Source: Oligoflexia bacterium
GTDB taxonomy: Bacteria; Bdellovibrionota; UBA1018
Assembly (NCBI GenBank): GCA_963758495.1
Contig: CAVWVI010000003.1
Location: forward strand, 864,001 to 928,000
Direction of reading: 5' to 3'
DNA: 64,000 nucleotides
Shown piece after piece: positions 52,922 through 63,652 of this stretch. The number at the start of each line of letters is the position of its first letter. The first letter of the stretch is position 1. The notes under the pieces are model-generated. The model worked only from the letters and a program-made list of their open reading frames with translations. It ran no database searches and was not told the origin of the DNA. Made by a program: the position numbers and the translations under genes.

Positions 52922-52977
52922 TTCTCCCTCCAAGGGTCAAGTATAGAAAGGTCTAATTCTTAACAGCAAGCTTATTT

Positions 52978-53946
52978 TCAAGCGATCGACCGTTTTTTAA
53001 GCTGCACTGAATTAGGAATGATCACTGCTAGAAAAATTAAACAACCCCCAAAATTTTGCCAAGAGGTCAATCTGTCACCTAAAAATAAATACCCCCCTAT
53101 AGCCCCCATTAATGGCTGCAAAAAAAGTAATAACGCCATACTCATCACAGGCAATTCTTTAAGTGCATGTAACCAATAAATATAACAGCCCGTGGTACCT
53201 ACGGGACCCAGCCAAAAAACAGCTACGAGTGCCTTCCAAGAAATTCGATGGAAATCCCTAAAATCAACTAAATTCACGGCTGTCGAAGGGACTAAGGTCA
53301 GGACTAAAGCAAAGCATAAAGTAAGAAAGACGAATCCAGTAGTCAATACGGTTCCAAAAATGGCTAAAGGGGAATATTTCGAAGAAATCTTTTTACCTAC
53401 AATGGAAAAAACTGACTCACCCACTAAAGACAAAAGGATAAGGAGATTTCCCATTAAGTGATATTGAGGATCTCGCACTAAATGATTCGGGCCTAACCCT
53501 GCAAGACATGCAAAACCCATGAGAGCGAATAAGAATCCTAAAAGCTGAAGAGAACTCACCTTCTCACGGAGAACCAACCACGCTAAAAAGGCTGTCATCA
53601 GAGGTTCAATTGCTATAATGATCGCATTTTCGCTTGCAAGGGATCCCGATAGCCCAACCATTTGAAATAAAGGAGAGAAACAAAAGGCCATGAAGCCCAT
53701 AAGAAAAATCAAGAATTTGTCTTGATTCGATTTCGGAATCAGAAAAAAGGACGACCACTTCGTTTGGAATCCTCGCCGTATACACATCACACCCGCAAAG
53801 ATGAAATAGGCACACACGGCACTTGCATACCGAATCCACGCTGACTGCACTGAATTCAAGTCAACAAGAAGCCATTTCCCCATAACGGGGTGTACTGACC
53901 AAATCAGGTTACACAAAATGAGGCCCATGAGTCTATTCATCTGCAC
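52978..53946 (-). CDS. DMT/EamA family transporter
   Basis: About ten TM helices in two repeats, EPLMTAFLAWLVLREK, LQPL..GDRL. Confidence 0.9.
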   Translation of the reverse strand: MQMNRLMGLILCNLIWSVHPVMGKWLLVDLNSVQSAWIRYASAVCAYFIFAGVMCIRRGFQTKWSSFFLIPKSNQDKFLIFLMGFMAFCFSPLFQMVGLSGSLASENAIIIAIEPLMTAFLAWLVLREKVSSLQLLGFLFALMGFACLAGLGPNHLVRDPQYHLMGNLLILLSLVGESVFSIVGKKISSKYSPLAIFGTVLTTGFVFLTLCFALVLTLVPSTAVNLVDFRDFHRISWKALVAVFWLGPVGTTGCYIYWLHALKELPVMSMALLLFLQPLMGAIGGYLFLGDRLTSWQNFGGCLIFLAVIIPNSVQLKKRSIA

Positions 53947-54017
53947 TATTGATCCACCTTCTTGCCACCTTCTTGAACGACCCTAGTCATTTGGTTAGGA
54001 TTCATTTATAATTAAGT

Positions 54018-54542
54018 ATGCCATCATCATCAATTCAATCTTCAATTCAATCTTCTCTTCCAGGAAAATCGCCTAGTGAATCCACTGTCACTATGACTGA
54101 ACTCGTGCTCCCGACTGATACCAATGCACTTGGAACCATCTTCGGTGGTAAAGTGATGAGTTGGATTGACATTGCAGGTGCAATTGCAGCAGGCAGACAC
54201 GCGAGAAAAGTCGTAGTCACCGCTTCTATTGACGCCCTCAATTTCGTCGCGCCGGTAAAAGTAGGATATGTAGTTCAGATCAAAGCGATTGTTAACTTTG
54301 CCTCTCGCACCTCCATGGAGGTTGGAGTTCGCGTTGAGGCTGAAAACCCCCTTACTGGAGAAATAACTCATACTGCAACTGCCTATACTACTTTTGTGGC
54401 CTTAGACCAAAATGGACGACCCACTCCAATTCCGTCTATTATCCCTCAGTCACCCGATGAAAAAAGACGCTTTGAAGAAGCGAAAAAGAGACGCGAATCA
54501 AGAATCGCTCTTGCCAAGAATCTGAAGTCTTCATCATCATGA
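54018..54542 (+). CDS. Acyl-CoA thioesterase (HotDog, YciA-like)
   Basis: DTNALGTIFGG, VVTASID, RTSMEVGV, TFVALD. Confidence 0.92.
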   Translation: MPSSSIQSSIQSSLPGKSPSESTVTMTELVLPTDTNALGTIFGGKVMSWIDIAGAIAAGRHARKVVVTASIDALNFVAPVKVGYVVQIKAIVNFASRTSMEVGVRVEAENPLTGEITHTATAYTTFVALDQNGRPTPIPSIIPQSPDEKRRFEEAKKRRESRIALAKNLKSSSS

Positions 54543-54587
54543 TAGGAAGAGACGGATTTGGGAAACTGATAAGTCTACCCACCTCCA

Positions 54588-55394
54588 TCAATCACCTCTC
54601 ATTAACCGTTTCGCAAATTCTGGAACAGCTTCAGGATCTGTAAATATCCACTCAGTTTTACCTGAGATCTTTTGAGTGGACACTTTATTCTGCGCTAAAA
54701 GCTGACTCTTCTCCAAAGACTGTACAATAGAATAAGATGAATTCACAACTTTCCAACCTGGCAATGCCTTTTCAAATGCGTCGTGAATCCATGGATAATG
54801 AGTGCATCCCAAAAGAGCTACCCCAGTGGGATAGTTGCTTAGATGTGGCTGCACGTACTCAGCAATAGTTTGAAGAAGAATCGGATGATCAATCCACCCT
54901 TCTTCAATCATTGGAACTAAAAGCGGACAGGCCTGCTCTAAGACAGGGCAGACAACTGAATGCGCTAAAGCATTTTTATAGGCATGACTCTGCACTGTCG
55001 CCCGAGTAGCAAGAACAAGAATTGGACTTAAAATTTTTTCTGACGGTTTTTCTGAGGATATTTTTTCATGTGCAGCGATCGCTGCATCGACACCAGGCAT
55101 TACTACGCCAAAGACAGGAAGAGGAGCCATGACAGTCTTGATTGCTTCTAAAGCTAAACTCGATGCTGTATTACATGCAACTACCAATGCATCTATATTT
55201 TTTTTTCTTAAAATAAGTGCACATTCCATTGATAACTTCTCAATTTGTGCAGGACTTTTGGTTCCGTACGGAACATGTGCGGTATCACCCAAGTAAACAT
55301 AATCTACTGGACCCAGTCTTTGCTGCAGTTCCGTAAGCACTGTGATCCCACCAATCCCCGAGTCAAAAACCCCAATCTTAATCACTTTAGACAT
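54588..55394 (-). CDS. murI: Glutamate racemase
   Basis: FDSGIGG, PYGTKS, VACNTAS, LGCTHYP. Confidence 0.96.
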   Translation of the reverse strand: MSKVIKIGVFDSGIGGITVLTELQQRLGPVDYVYLGDTAHVPYGTKSPAQIEKLSMECALILRKKNIDALVVACNTASSLALEAIKTVMAPLPVFGVVMPGVDAAIAAHEKISSEKPSEKILSPILVLATRATVQSHAYKNALAHSVVCPVLEQACPLLVPMIEEGWIDHPILLQTIAEYVQPHLSNYPTGVALLGCTHYPWIHDAFEKALPGWKVVNSSYSIVQSLEKSQLLAQNKVSTQKISGKTEWIFTDPEAVPEFAKRLMRGD

Positions 55395-55519
55395 AGATAG
55401 ACTATTCTAACGCGGTACGCTTGACGGAAGCAAGACTTCCCTATGTACATAAGTAGTTCCCTATGTACTTGTACATATGAATTTCTCGGTATAGTTGTTG
55501 CGTAAACCTTACAAGGAGA

Positions 55520-55990
55520 ATGCACGTGTCTACAAATGCACCTTTTTTTGTCGATAATGAAGTGATTATCCTATCCCAAAATGGAACCTGGTTAGCTGAT
55601 GGTACCGAAATTACTCATGAACCTACGCGACGCCTCTTTGCTCGAAGCTTAAAAAAGGATGAAAAGGGCTACTTTTTAGCAATAGGTCACGAGACAAAAC
55701 ACATTCATGTCGAAGATACTGCCTACTTTGTACAGAGAATTGAGGGAAATCAAGAAGAGGGTTATGAGCTTTTAATCAATGATGAGACTCGGGAAAAACT
55801 GCATCCCCATACCTTAAAATACCGCCCCGGAAGGCTTATTTGCCGGATTAAGTCAAATCAAGAGGAAGCTAGATTTTTACATGCGGCTTACTTTGATCTC
55901 TTAAAGTCCCTTCAAGAAGATCCATCCAGTTATTACTTGGAGTTTGGACTCTCGCAGCAGAAGCTCCGTGTTCAACTCGCATCTAAGTAG
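55520..55990 (+). CDS. DUF1285-like hypothetical protein
   Basis: NGTWLADGTEITH..LFARSL..VEDTAYFV. Confidence 0.6.
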   Translation: MHVSTNAPFFVDNEVIILSQNGTWLADGTEITHEPTRRLFARSLKKDEKGYFLAIGHETKHIHVEDTAYFVQRIEGNQEEGYELLINDETREKLHPHTLKYRPGRLICRIKSNQEEARFLHAAYFDLLKSLQEDPSSYYLEFGLSQQKLRVQLASK

Positions 55991-56009
55991 TTCCTTTAGG
56001 GCTGTTGAT
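55984..56009. repeat. REP-like hairpin repeat, copy C
   Basis: TAAGTAGTTCCTTTAGGGCTGTTGAT between convergent genes; contains the TAG stop of the upstream gene. Confidence 0.6.
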
Positions 56010-56038
56010 AAGGACTGCAAGGCGTCCTTACCAAGCAT

Positions 56039-56503
56039 CTAAACCTTAAATTTCATGAACATTTTTTTTTGATTTCTAACAATCGCTTCACTCACTTTTG
56101 TGAAAAGTTCCGCTCTTTTTAAAGGCTTATAAAGGACTCCATCTACTCCTAATTGGATGAGCTGATTGAGACTTTTCTGATCCAAACCTCCAGACAAAAT
56201 TACAAAAGGGATATTTGCATAAGGACCATTGCGAATGTTTTCCAATAACTCAAATCCGTTCATTTGAGGCATAATCAAATCGCTGACGATCACTTCTAAT
56301 TGTAGAATATCTGATGTTTTTGCACATTCACTCAATACTTGAAGGGCTTCAACCCCATTGCCAGCACGCAGTACATGATATCCATCAGTTTCAAGAGCAC
56401 TTGCAAGGACTGTTTGAAATTCAAGGTCATCATCGACCACCAAAGCAATCGATTTAACCATCATTGACGATAAATCTGAGTCTTGTTTACTATCCGATGA
56501 CAT
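56039..56503 (-). CDS. Single-domain response regulator
   Basis: LVVDDD, NGVEAL, SDLIMPQMNG, ILSG, KP. Confidence 0.92.
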   Translation of the reverse strand: MSSDSKQDSDLSSMMVKSIALVVDDDLEFQTVLASALETDGYHVLRAGNGVEALQVLSECAKTSDILQLEVIVSDLIMPQMNGFELLENIRNGPYANIPFVILSGGLDQKSLNQLIQLGVDGVLYKPLKRAELFTKVSEAIVRNQKKMFMKFKV

Positions 56504-56573
56504 CTAAGTTTATTGTAATGCTTTTCTTGAAACTTTAAATACTAATCTTTAAACTGGTAAGCGCTTCAAAGAA

Positions 56574-57611
56574 TTACCCATGTCCCCCCATAAGAAAGGG
56601 CTGAGACATGAATTTTAGATCTCTGGCGTGAGTGCTCTTTTCGAAAAAAAGACGCGCTTCCTCCCAAAGCTTTTCTGGTTCCGGGATTGAAAAAACCTTA
56701 CTCCTGAACTCATGACATCCAGGAAAGCCTGCAGAATACCAGGCAAGGAATTTTCGAGCGTGAATCATCACCATTCTCGGATTATAAATTTCATTCAACA
56801 TCGCTTGCTGATCGTTCATCAATCGGATATAGCGCTCAGCTTGTGGCAATTCATAAGAGCGCCCATTCCAAACGGCAACTGCTTGTTCAAAAATAAATGG
56901 ATTTCTCAAGGCTCCTCGGCCTATTAAAATCGCATCCACTCCATAAGTTTTCATTCGATCAACCGCGATTTCCGCCGTCGAAATGTCTCCATTACCGATA
57001 ATAGGAATAGGACTCTTTGCTTTCACATCTCCAATAAAATCCCAATCCGCTTCTCCACTATAGCCCTGCGCCCGAGTTCTTCCATGGATAGCAACCCAAC
57101 GAACTCCTACATCAGCGGCTGCTCGTACAACCTCTAAAGCATTTCGTGAAGTCGCATCCCATCCCGTTCGAATTTTGATGGTAACTGGAATTTTTACTGC
57201 CTTCACCATCGCTTCTAACGTCTTAGCAAGTGAAATGGGATCTCGACACATTGCAGAACCAGCACCTTTTTTCACAACCTTCGGCACGGGACAGCCTAAA
57301 TTTAAATCTACAAAGTCCGCCCCATGTTTCTCAACGTGCTGGGCAGCTTTACAAAGAAGTTCCGTGTCTTCACCGAAAATCTGAAGTCCTACAATTCTCT
57401 CTTCTTCATGATATCGGAGTAGATCCAAAGTTCGTGCACCTGCGTATTCAATCCCATTTGCTGAGACCAGTTCTGAAATCACCATGGAACTTTTTAAGCG
57501 ACGCATGAGTCGTCTAAATGGAGAATTCGTAATTCCAGCCATAGGAGCAAGAACAAAGGGATGTTCTAACTGAAATGGCCCTAGCTGAATGGGTAAAGCA
57601 GTTTTATTCAT
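56574..57611 (-). CDS. dusB: tRNA-dihydrouridine synthase B
   Basis: LAPMAGIT, DLNLGCP, VTIKIRTGW, IHGRTR, GNGDI, IGRG. Confidence 0.93.
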   Translation of the reverse strand: MNKTALPIQLGPFQLEHPFVLAPMAGITNSPFRRLMRRLKSSMVISELVSANGIEYAGARTLDLLRYHEEERIVGLQIFGEDTELLCKAAQHVEKHGADFVDLNLGCPVPKVVKKGAGSAMCRDPISLAKTLEAMVKAVKIPVTIKIRTGWDATSRNALEVVRAAADVGVRWVAIHGRTRAQGYSGEADWDFIGDVKAKSPIPIIGNGDISTAEIAVDRMKTYGVDAILIGRGALRNPFIFEQAVAVWNGRSYELPQAERYIRLMNDQQAMLNEIYNPRMVMIHARKFLAWYSAGFPGCHEFRSKVFSIPEPEKLWEEARLFFEKSTHARDLKFMSQPFLMGGHG

Positions 57612-57639
57612 AATTTTAATACTGATTCAATAACAAGAC

Positions 57640-58962
57640 TTACCCTTTTAGAGCCTCCAAGTCACTCCGCTCTTTAGGGGCATCCCGAGTCAAGACTTCA
57701 CAACCTTGCGCGGTCACTAAAATATCATCTTCGATTCGTATCCCAATATTATGGTACTCCACTGGAGTCAGATGATCAGTAGGTTGCACGTAAAATCCGG
57801 GCTCAATGGTAAAAACAATACCAGACTCAAGCGCGCGCGGTTCTCCATTTCGCATGTAAAGCCCCGCATCATGAACATCCATCCCTAACCAATGACTTGT
57901 ATTATGAGGATAAAATCGACGATATTCTCCACTCTTTAAAATATCATCGGGTTTACCCTTCAATAACTCTAACGACAACAGACCCTCAATCATGACCTGG
58001 CAAACATGCTTATGAATATCAGGAAGCTTGGCTCCTGGCCGAGTCATTGCTATGGCCTCTTTTTGAGCACGAAGCACTAAATCATATACCTGAGCTTGAT
58101 GCGAATTGAACTTTCGTCCAACTGGAAAAGTTCGCGTAATATCTGCTGAATAATAACCATATTCTCCTCCAGCATCCATCAAGAGAAGATCTCCATCTTT
58201 CATAACATCGTTATTAGAACGATAATGGAGACATGCCGCATTTTTTCCTGCGGCAACAATACTTCCGTAACCTACTCTTGAGCACCCTTCTTTTCGAAAG
58301 ATGTAATCAACCAGCGCTTCAATCTCTCTTTCATTCATTCCAGGACGGACTTCCTTCATCACAGCGCAATGAGCAAGTGCTGTCAGTCGGCAAGCCTTAC
58401 GCATCAGTTCAATTTCATCAGCACTTTTATACAATCTCATCTCGCCCAGAGGGCCAGAGGAATCTTCGACGGGAAGCAAGGCTCTGCCACTTCGACCTTG
58501 ATTTCTGCGATGAGTTTCAAGAGCCGCCATCACGTGTGAGTCTGCCCGGAGGTGTTGCCCCATTCGATAAAAAACTCGATCAGCGGCGTTAAGAAGTTCT
58601 GGCAATTTTTTATCCAGTTCATGGATAGAGTAAGCTTCATCAGCACCAAAGATTTTTTGGGCACCCTCTATTCCATAACGCTCCCCTTCCCACATTTCTT
58701 TTTCAGAGTCGCGAGGTGACACAAAGAGGATCGTTCGATAGTCACTCCATCCTAATTTTTTAGGAGCAAGGATTAAAAATGACTCAGCCTCCTCAAATCC
58801 CGTTAAATAGAAAAAATTACTATCTTGTCGAAACGGATAATGGACGTCAGAGTTCCTGATGTAATCCGGATTAGATGGAAACAGGAACACTGCCCCCGGA
58901 TAGGATTGCATTAAACTATCGCGTCGCATCTTATAATAGGAAGGTATATGTGTAAGCAACAT
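57640..58962 (-). CDS. pepP: Xaa-Pro aminopeptidase
   Basis: FRQDSNFFYLTG, LHY, DAG..ADITRTFP, HWLGMDVHD, TIEPG, GIRIEDD. Confidence 0.95.
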   Translation of the reverse strand: MLLTHIPSYYKMRRDSLMQSYPGAVFLFPSNPDYIRNSDVHYPFRQDSNFFYLTGFEEAESFLILAPKKLGWSDYRTILFVSPRDSEKEMWEGERYGIEGAQKIFGADEAYSIHELDKKLPELLNAADRVFYRMGQHLRADSHVMAALETHRRNQGRSGRALLPVEDSSGPLGEMRLYKSADEIELMRKACRLTALAHCAVMKEVRPGMNEREIEALVDYIFRKEGCSRVGYGSIVAAGKNAACLHYRSNNDVMKDGDLLLMDAGGEYGYYSADITRTFPVGRKFNSHQAQVYDLVLRAQKEAIAMTRPGAKLPDIHKHVCQVMIEGLLSLELLKGKPDDILKSGEYRRFYPHNTSHWLGMDVHDAGLYMRNGEPRALESGIVFTIEPGFYVQPTDHLTPVEYHNIGIRIEDDILVTAQGCEVLTRDAPKERSDLEALKG

Positions 58963-59068
58963 GGAATTCTATAATATGACTAAATTTGGCTTCTGTCTAG
59001 GACCGTGCAGACTCACTTCTTCAATAGGTTTAACTCCATTGCACATTCAGCTTACTTAAGCCATAATC

Positions 59069-59725
59069 ATGACCTTAATGACAAAAGGTATCATATTTGA
59101 CTTAGATGGCACTCTCGTGAATTCATTAACGACGACTTTTGACGCATTTAATCATGGAATCACTCTCTTAGGCGGCCGAACCCACACTCCTCAAGAAATT
59201 ATGGATTATTTTGGGACCGGCGAAAATCAAATTTTTGCGCAAATCCTAGGCCCCGATAAAGCTGATGCCGCCTATGCTGCATGTTTTGATTATTTTAATG
59301 ATCATTTAGGCAAGATGCCTTTACATGAAGGAATACCCGAACTCCTCAACCATACCTTGACAGCAAATATTCCCATTTCAATTGTTACAGGACGCAGCTG
59401 GGACACGACCGAAATCATTCTAAAACATCACGGCCTCATCAATCGTTTCGTCACCATTGTCGCCAATGATCACGTCAGTCTACCTAAACCTGCACCCGAA
59501 GGCACCCACTTAGCCCTCTCACGAATGGGGCTTCATCCTCAAGAAGTCCTGTTTGTAGGCGACTCTCCAGCAGATATGATAGCAAGTCGCTCAGCAGGTA
59601 GCAGGGGTGTTGCTGCACTTTGGGACCTTACCGTAAAACGAGAACTACTAGAACCTCATACCCCTCACCATTGGGCTCACTGCCCTTCTGAAGTTTGGGA
59701 GTATTGGCAGAAATTGACTCAATAG
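59069..59725 (+). CDS. HAD-family hydrolase (Gph/PpaX-like)
   Basis: FDLDGTL, VTG, KPAPE, VGDS..D. Confidence 0.9.
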   Translation: MTLMTKGIIFDLDGTLVNSLTTTFDAFNHGITLLGGRTHTPQEIMDYFGTGENQIFAQILGPDKADAAYAACFDYFNDHLGKMPLHEGIPELLNHTLTANIPISIVTGRSWDTTEIILKHHGLINRFVTIVANDHVSLPKPAPEGTHLALSRMGLHPQEVLFVGDSPADMIASRSAGSRGVAALWDLTVKRELLEPHTPHHWAHCPSEVWEYWQKLTQ

Positions 59726-59734
59726 TGCCTTTAT

Positions 59735-60862
59735 TTAAGCCTTGAGTACTCCACGACGTATCTGATCTCGCTCAATTGCTTCAAACAAGGCTCGAAAGTT
59801 GCCTTCTCCGAAACCTTGATTTCCTTTTCTTTGAATATATTCAAAAAAGAAAGGTCCAAGAATCTCTTCCGAGAAGATTTGAAGCAAGTAACCTTTGTCA
59901 TCTCCATCTAAAAGAATCCCTAAATCCTCCAGGTCCTTCAGATTCTCGGTCACACCAGGAACACGAGTGGGAACCTCTTCATAATAGGTATGAGGAACAG
60001 ATAAAAATTTGAAATTCTGTGCTCTTAACGAATGCAAAGTCTTTTGTAAATCTACAGTGAGAAATGCCAAATGCTGAACCCCAGATCCCTTCATCCGATT
60101 CACGAATTCTTGAACCTGACTTTGTGGATCTGTCGCTTCATTAATAGGCACTTTAATCTTGCGATCTCGAGACTCCACCACATCAGAAATAAGTCCCGTT
60201 CGATCAGTCCGGATATCAAAATGACGGGTGACTATAAATCCGAAAACTTCTTTATAATACTCAACCCATTCCTTCATTTGACCCATTCCCACATTATTCG
60301 TTAAATGGTCAATGACTCGAATCCCCAGAGGAGACGGACTGTGGAGTCTAGAAACAGAGAGTTCCTCGTCAAATAGAATTGGACTTGAAGGATTCTTAGG
60401 CAAAGAACGCTCAATAAAGGCATACCTGACATCACCCGGAGTCCAAATTTCTGAACGAACGACAGAACCCCCATCGTCACTTCGAAAAATCTGAGGTTCA
60501 CGAGCAGGGCGAGCCCCTCGCTTTACAGTTTCCTCAAAAGCCTGAGTAGCATCCTTCACTTCGATGGCTAAAACACAAATTCCTTCGGCGTGTTTGCGTA
60601 AAAATTTGATTGATTCTGAATCAGCCCCTACCGAAAGATTGGAAGGGTCTAGGGATTGCGTCAAAAGAACTCTTACAAAACCCTGAGCATAAACCTCACT
60701 TTTCGTGCCCTTGCTCGAGAGTGTTCTTTCGCCTATTTTTTCAAAACCAAGCCGTTCAAATACTGCCCGCATAGGTCGAATATCGTTCACTGCATATTCG
60801 ACATGATCGAAACCTTGATTCAAAATTTCCATAAAATATCCTTTTTGATTGAGGCTGCTCAA
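59735..60862 (-). CDS. hppD: 4-hydroxyphenylpyruvate dioxygenase
   Basis: IDHLTNNV, PINE, GVQHLA, LLQIF, FFEYIQRKG..GFGEGNF. Confidence 0.95.
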   Translation of the reverse strand: MSSLNQKGYFMEILNQGFDHVEYAVNDIRPMRAVFERLGFEKIGERTLSSKGTKSEVYAQGFVRVLLTQSLDPSNLSVGADSESIKFLRKHAEGICVLAIEVKDATQAFEETVKRGARPAREPQIFRSDDGGSVVRSEIWTPGDVRYAFIERSLPKNPSSPILFDEELSVSRLHSPSPLGIRVIDHLTNNVGMGQMKEWVEYYKEVFGFIVTRHFDIRTDRTGLISDVVESRDRKIKVPINEATDPQSQVQEFVNRMKGSGVQHLAFLTVDLQKTLHSLRAQNFKFLSVPHTYYEEVPTRVPGVTENLKDLEDLGILLDGDDKGYLLQIFSEEILGPFFFEYIQRKGNQGFGEGNFRALFEAIERDQIRRGVLKA

Positions 60863-62883
60863 GTCATGAATGGAGTACTATTTGTACTTCCAGAATTAGA
60901 TTGGCCTGCAGGTCCATTTTCTCCTGCTCGGCTTATAGGATCTCCCATTGGACTTAAGAACCGAGATTGTTTTTCATAGTCTACATAGGTATAGCCATGA
61001 AGAACTTCCTCATAGAAATTTTGCAGCTCCACGCCTTCTCGAGGCTTGATTTGTCCTTCACGCACTTTTGCGTCTATTTGTGATTTAACTTTCTTTTCCA
61101 AATCCGTAGCACTGTATTGAATCCAAGAAAGAACACCGGCAATATTATTACCTTTGATCACTTCTTCAATATAATAGCCACCTGCCTCTGTTTCATCCAA
61201 GAAAACATGGACTTCATTAACTCTGCCAAAGAGATTATGCAAATCACCCATAATATCCTGATAAGCTCCCATCAGGAAAAAACCCAGATAGTACGGTTCA
61301 GTCGACCTCAGGGGATGAAGCGGTAACGTATCCTTTATATCTCTAAGATCGATAAATTTAGAAACCTTCCCATCCGAGTCGCAAGTAATATCCACTAAAG
61401 TAGCACTATGAGACGGCTCTTCATCATGACGATGAATGGGAACAATTGGGAACAAGTGCTGAATCGCCCAATGATCCGGCATAGACTGAAATAAAGAAAA
61501 ATTGCAAAGATATTGGTCTGCTAAATGTTTATTGAGCGCTTCAACGTCGTCTGGCACGTATTTCAAGCCTGCCGCATTTTTATGAATCACCTTACAAATT
61601 TGCCAAAAGAGATACTCAACCTTGGCCTTGTCTTCGAGCGATAAGAACCCCAACTTAAACATACTGAGGGCTTCTTCTTTTCTCTGAAGAGCATCATGAA
61701 AGTGCTCTAGAAGATTCTTCAAAGAAAGTTGATTTGAAAGGTAGCGCATTTCCTTCACAACATCATTTTCATCAGGAGTCTCTTCCATTTCAATAGGAGT
61801 TGCGCCTACTTCTATGCTTCCAAACACGTTCACGATAAGAACAGAATGGTGAGCCACAAGAGCCCGGCCGCTCTCAGAGACAATATTAGGCTCAGGGACT
61901 TCTTCAGCCTGACAAACTTCCTGAATAGAGTACACTACGTCACTCACATATTCAGCCAGAGAATAATTAATGGAACTCTCAAAGCTAGTTCGAGATCCAT
62001 CATAATCTACGCCCAAACCTCCGCCAACATCAAGAAACTCAAGATTGAGCCCCATTTGTCGAAGTTTTGCGTAAATACGCGTCCCTTCTTTCACTGCGTC
62101 CTTGATCGTTTTAATATTGGTAATTTGCGAACCAATATGAAAATGGAGGAGCTTAAAACTATCTTGTAGTCCTTCTTTTCTAAGTACATTAACAGCATGT
62201 AATAGCTCTGGGGTGGTCAACCCGAATTTGGCAAATTCGCCGCCACTGGACTCCCATTTTCCGCTTCCTTTGGAATACAACTTGGAGCGAATTCCAATCA
62301 GCGGTATCACTCCTAGCTCTTTCGCAACGGTGATAATTTGATAAAGCTCAGTCAGCTTTTCAACCACGATAATCACACGCTTGCCGAGCTTAATGCCCAT
62401 GAGGGCTGTTTTAATAAAAGCATAGTCTTTATAACCATTGCAAATAATCAAAGAATTCGGGGTTGTATTCATAGCCATCACAGCTACGAGCTCTCCCTTA
62501 GAGCCAGCCTCAAGACCAAAATCATACGGCCGCCCTGCATCAATGATCTCTTCTACAACCTCTCGCATCTGATTGACTTTAATCGGATAAACGCCCTGAT
62601 ATTGTCCCTTGTATCCAAATTCAGCAATGACCTTGCGAAACGCCTCATTCAAAGCAACAACACGATGACGAATGATATCTTGGAAGCGGATCAAAACAGG
62701 CATTTCAACACCTGCAGATCGGATCTCATCTACGACACTTTTTAAATCTACACCCGTCCCTTCGCCTCTTCTGGGATGGACAGTTAAATTCCCCGAAGGA
62801 TTAATACTAAAGTACTGGTCACCCCAGTTTTCCATACTATATAATTTTAAAGAATCGGAAACGCTCCAAGTTTTCATGATCAA
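60859..62883 (-). CDS. speA: Biosynthetic arginine decarboxylase
   Basis: YPIKVNQ, GLEAGSK, HFHIGSQI, DVGGGLGVDY, SESGR, TCDSDG, HNLFG. Confidence 0.96.
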   Translation of the reverse strand: MIMKTWSVSDSLKLYSMENWGDQYFSINPSGNLTVHPRRGEGTGVDLKSVVDEIRSAGVEMPVLIRFQDIIRHRVVALNEAFRKVIAEFGYKGQYQGVYPIKVNQMREVVEEIIDAGRPYDFGLEAGSKGELVAVMAMNTTPNSLIICNGYKDYAFIKTALMGIKLGKRVIIVVEKLTELYQIITVAKELGVIPLIGIRSKLYSKGSGKWESSGGEFAKFGLTTPELLHAVNVLRKEGLQDSFKLLHFHIGSQITNIKTIKDAVKEGTRIYAKLRQMGLNLEFLDVGGGLGVDYDGSRTSFESSINYSLAEYVSDVVYSIQEVCQAEEVPEPNIVSESGRALVAHHSVLIVNVFGSIEVGATPIEMEETPDENDVVKEMRYLSNQLSLKNLLEHFHDALQRKEEALSMFKLGFLSLEDKAKVEYLFWQICKVIHKNAAGLKYVPDDVEALNKHLADQYLCNFSLFQSMPDHWAIQHLFPIVPIHRHDEEPSHSATLVDITCDSDGKVSKFIDLRDIKDTLPLHPLRSTEPYYLGFFLMGAYQDIMGDLHNLFGRVNEVHVFLDETEAGGYYIEEVIKGNNIAGVLSWIQYSATDLEKKVKSQIDAKVREGQIKPREGVELQNFYEEVLHGYTYVDYEKQSRFLSPMGDPISRAGENGPAGQSNSGSTNSTPFMT

Positions 62884-63058
62884 TGATTTATCATCTCATG
62901 AGCTATGTCGCAAAGCTTAACGTAATATCATAAGCAATAAAATTGCATTTTATCTAGCCCGTGAACAGATGTTTTAAACGATCTCAGTAGTAAAATCTTC
63001 AGCTGTTCCATAAACGTTCAAGTAAGAAGTCTATGGGTGAGAAAAATTTAAAAAAATA

Positions 63059-63521
63059 CGCAGGACTGTAAGCCGGGTTCTGTCTTCGCCACTCAATTGT
63101 AACGGAGGCGATCATTCCTCTGGGACGCATGTTACCATACGCCTCAAGCGGCCTTACCCGGAGGTAATGAGTCGAGCAGACTCATAACCTCCCTATTTGG
63201 CCTTGCTCCAGGTAGGGTTTGCCATGCCGTTTTCGTCACCGAAAACGCGGTGGGCTCTTACCCCACCGTTTCGCCCTTACCGATCATCCGAAAGCAACCG
63301 GCGGTTTATTTTCTGTTGCACTTTCCGTCACTCCCTTTAGTTAAAAAGAAGTGCCTGGCCGTTAGCCAGTACCTTGCTTTATGGAGCCCGGACTTTCCTC
63401 CCGCAAGTCTTGTAGTGAAAATGAAAAACCAAGTAAAACCTAGAAATTTCATTCATCTGCTTCTTATTCAAAAGCACGATGAGATCATAAAAAAGACTTG
63501 CCAGCGATCGCCCGTCCTGCG
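63059..63521 (-). ncRNA. rnpB: RNase P RNA, bacterial type A
   Basis: Minus strand GAGGAAAGTCCGGGCTCC, AGTGCAACAGAAA, GGTAAGAGC, ACAGAACCCGGCTTA; P1 pairing CGCAGGAC/GTCCTGCG. Confidence 0.96.
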
Positions 63522-63652
63522 CGAAAAGGACGTTACCACACTTAAAAGTTGACAGCAATAAGACTACAGAAGACAAGCAAAATGTATTTAGCTAAACTAT
63601 ATTTATAGCAAAATCCATCTTAACTGAACCCTGCGCCCTAGAACTCTATGGA

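Noticed and set aside
63250..63576. ORFs 63250-63552 and 63379-63576
   Set aside because: They overlap the RNase P RNA and are spurious
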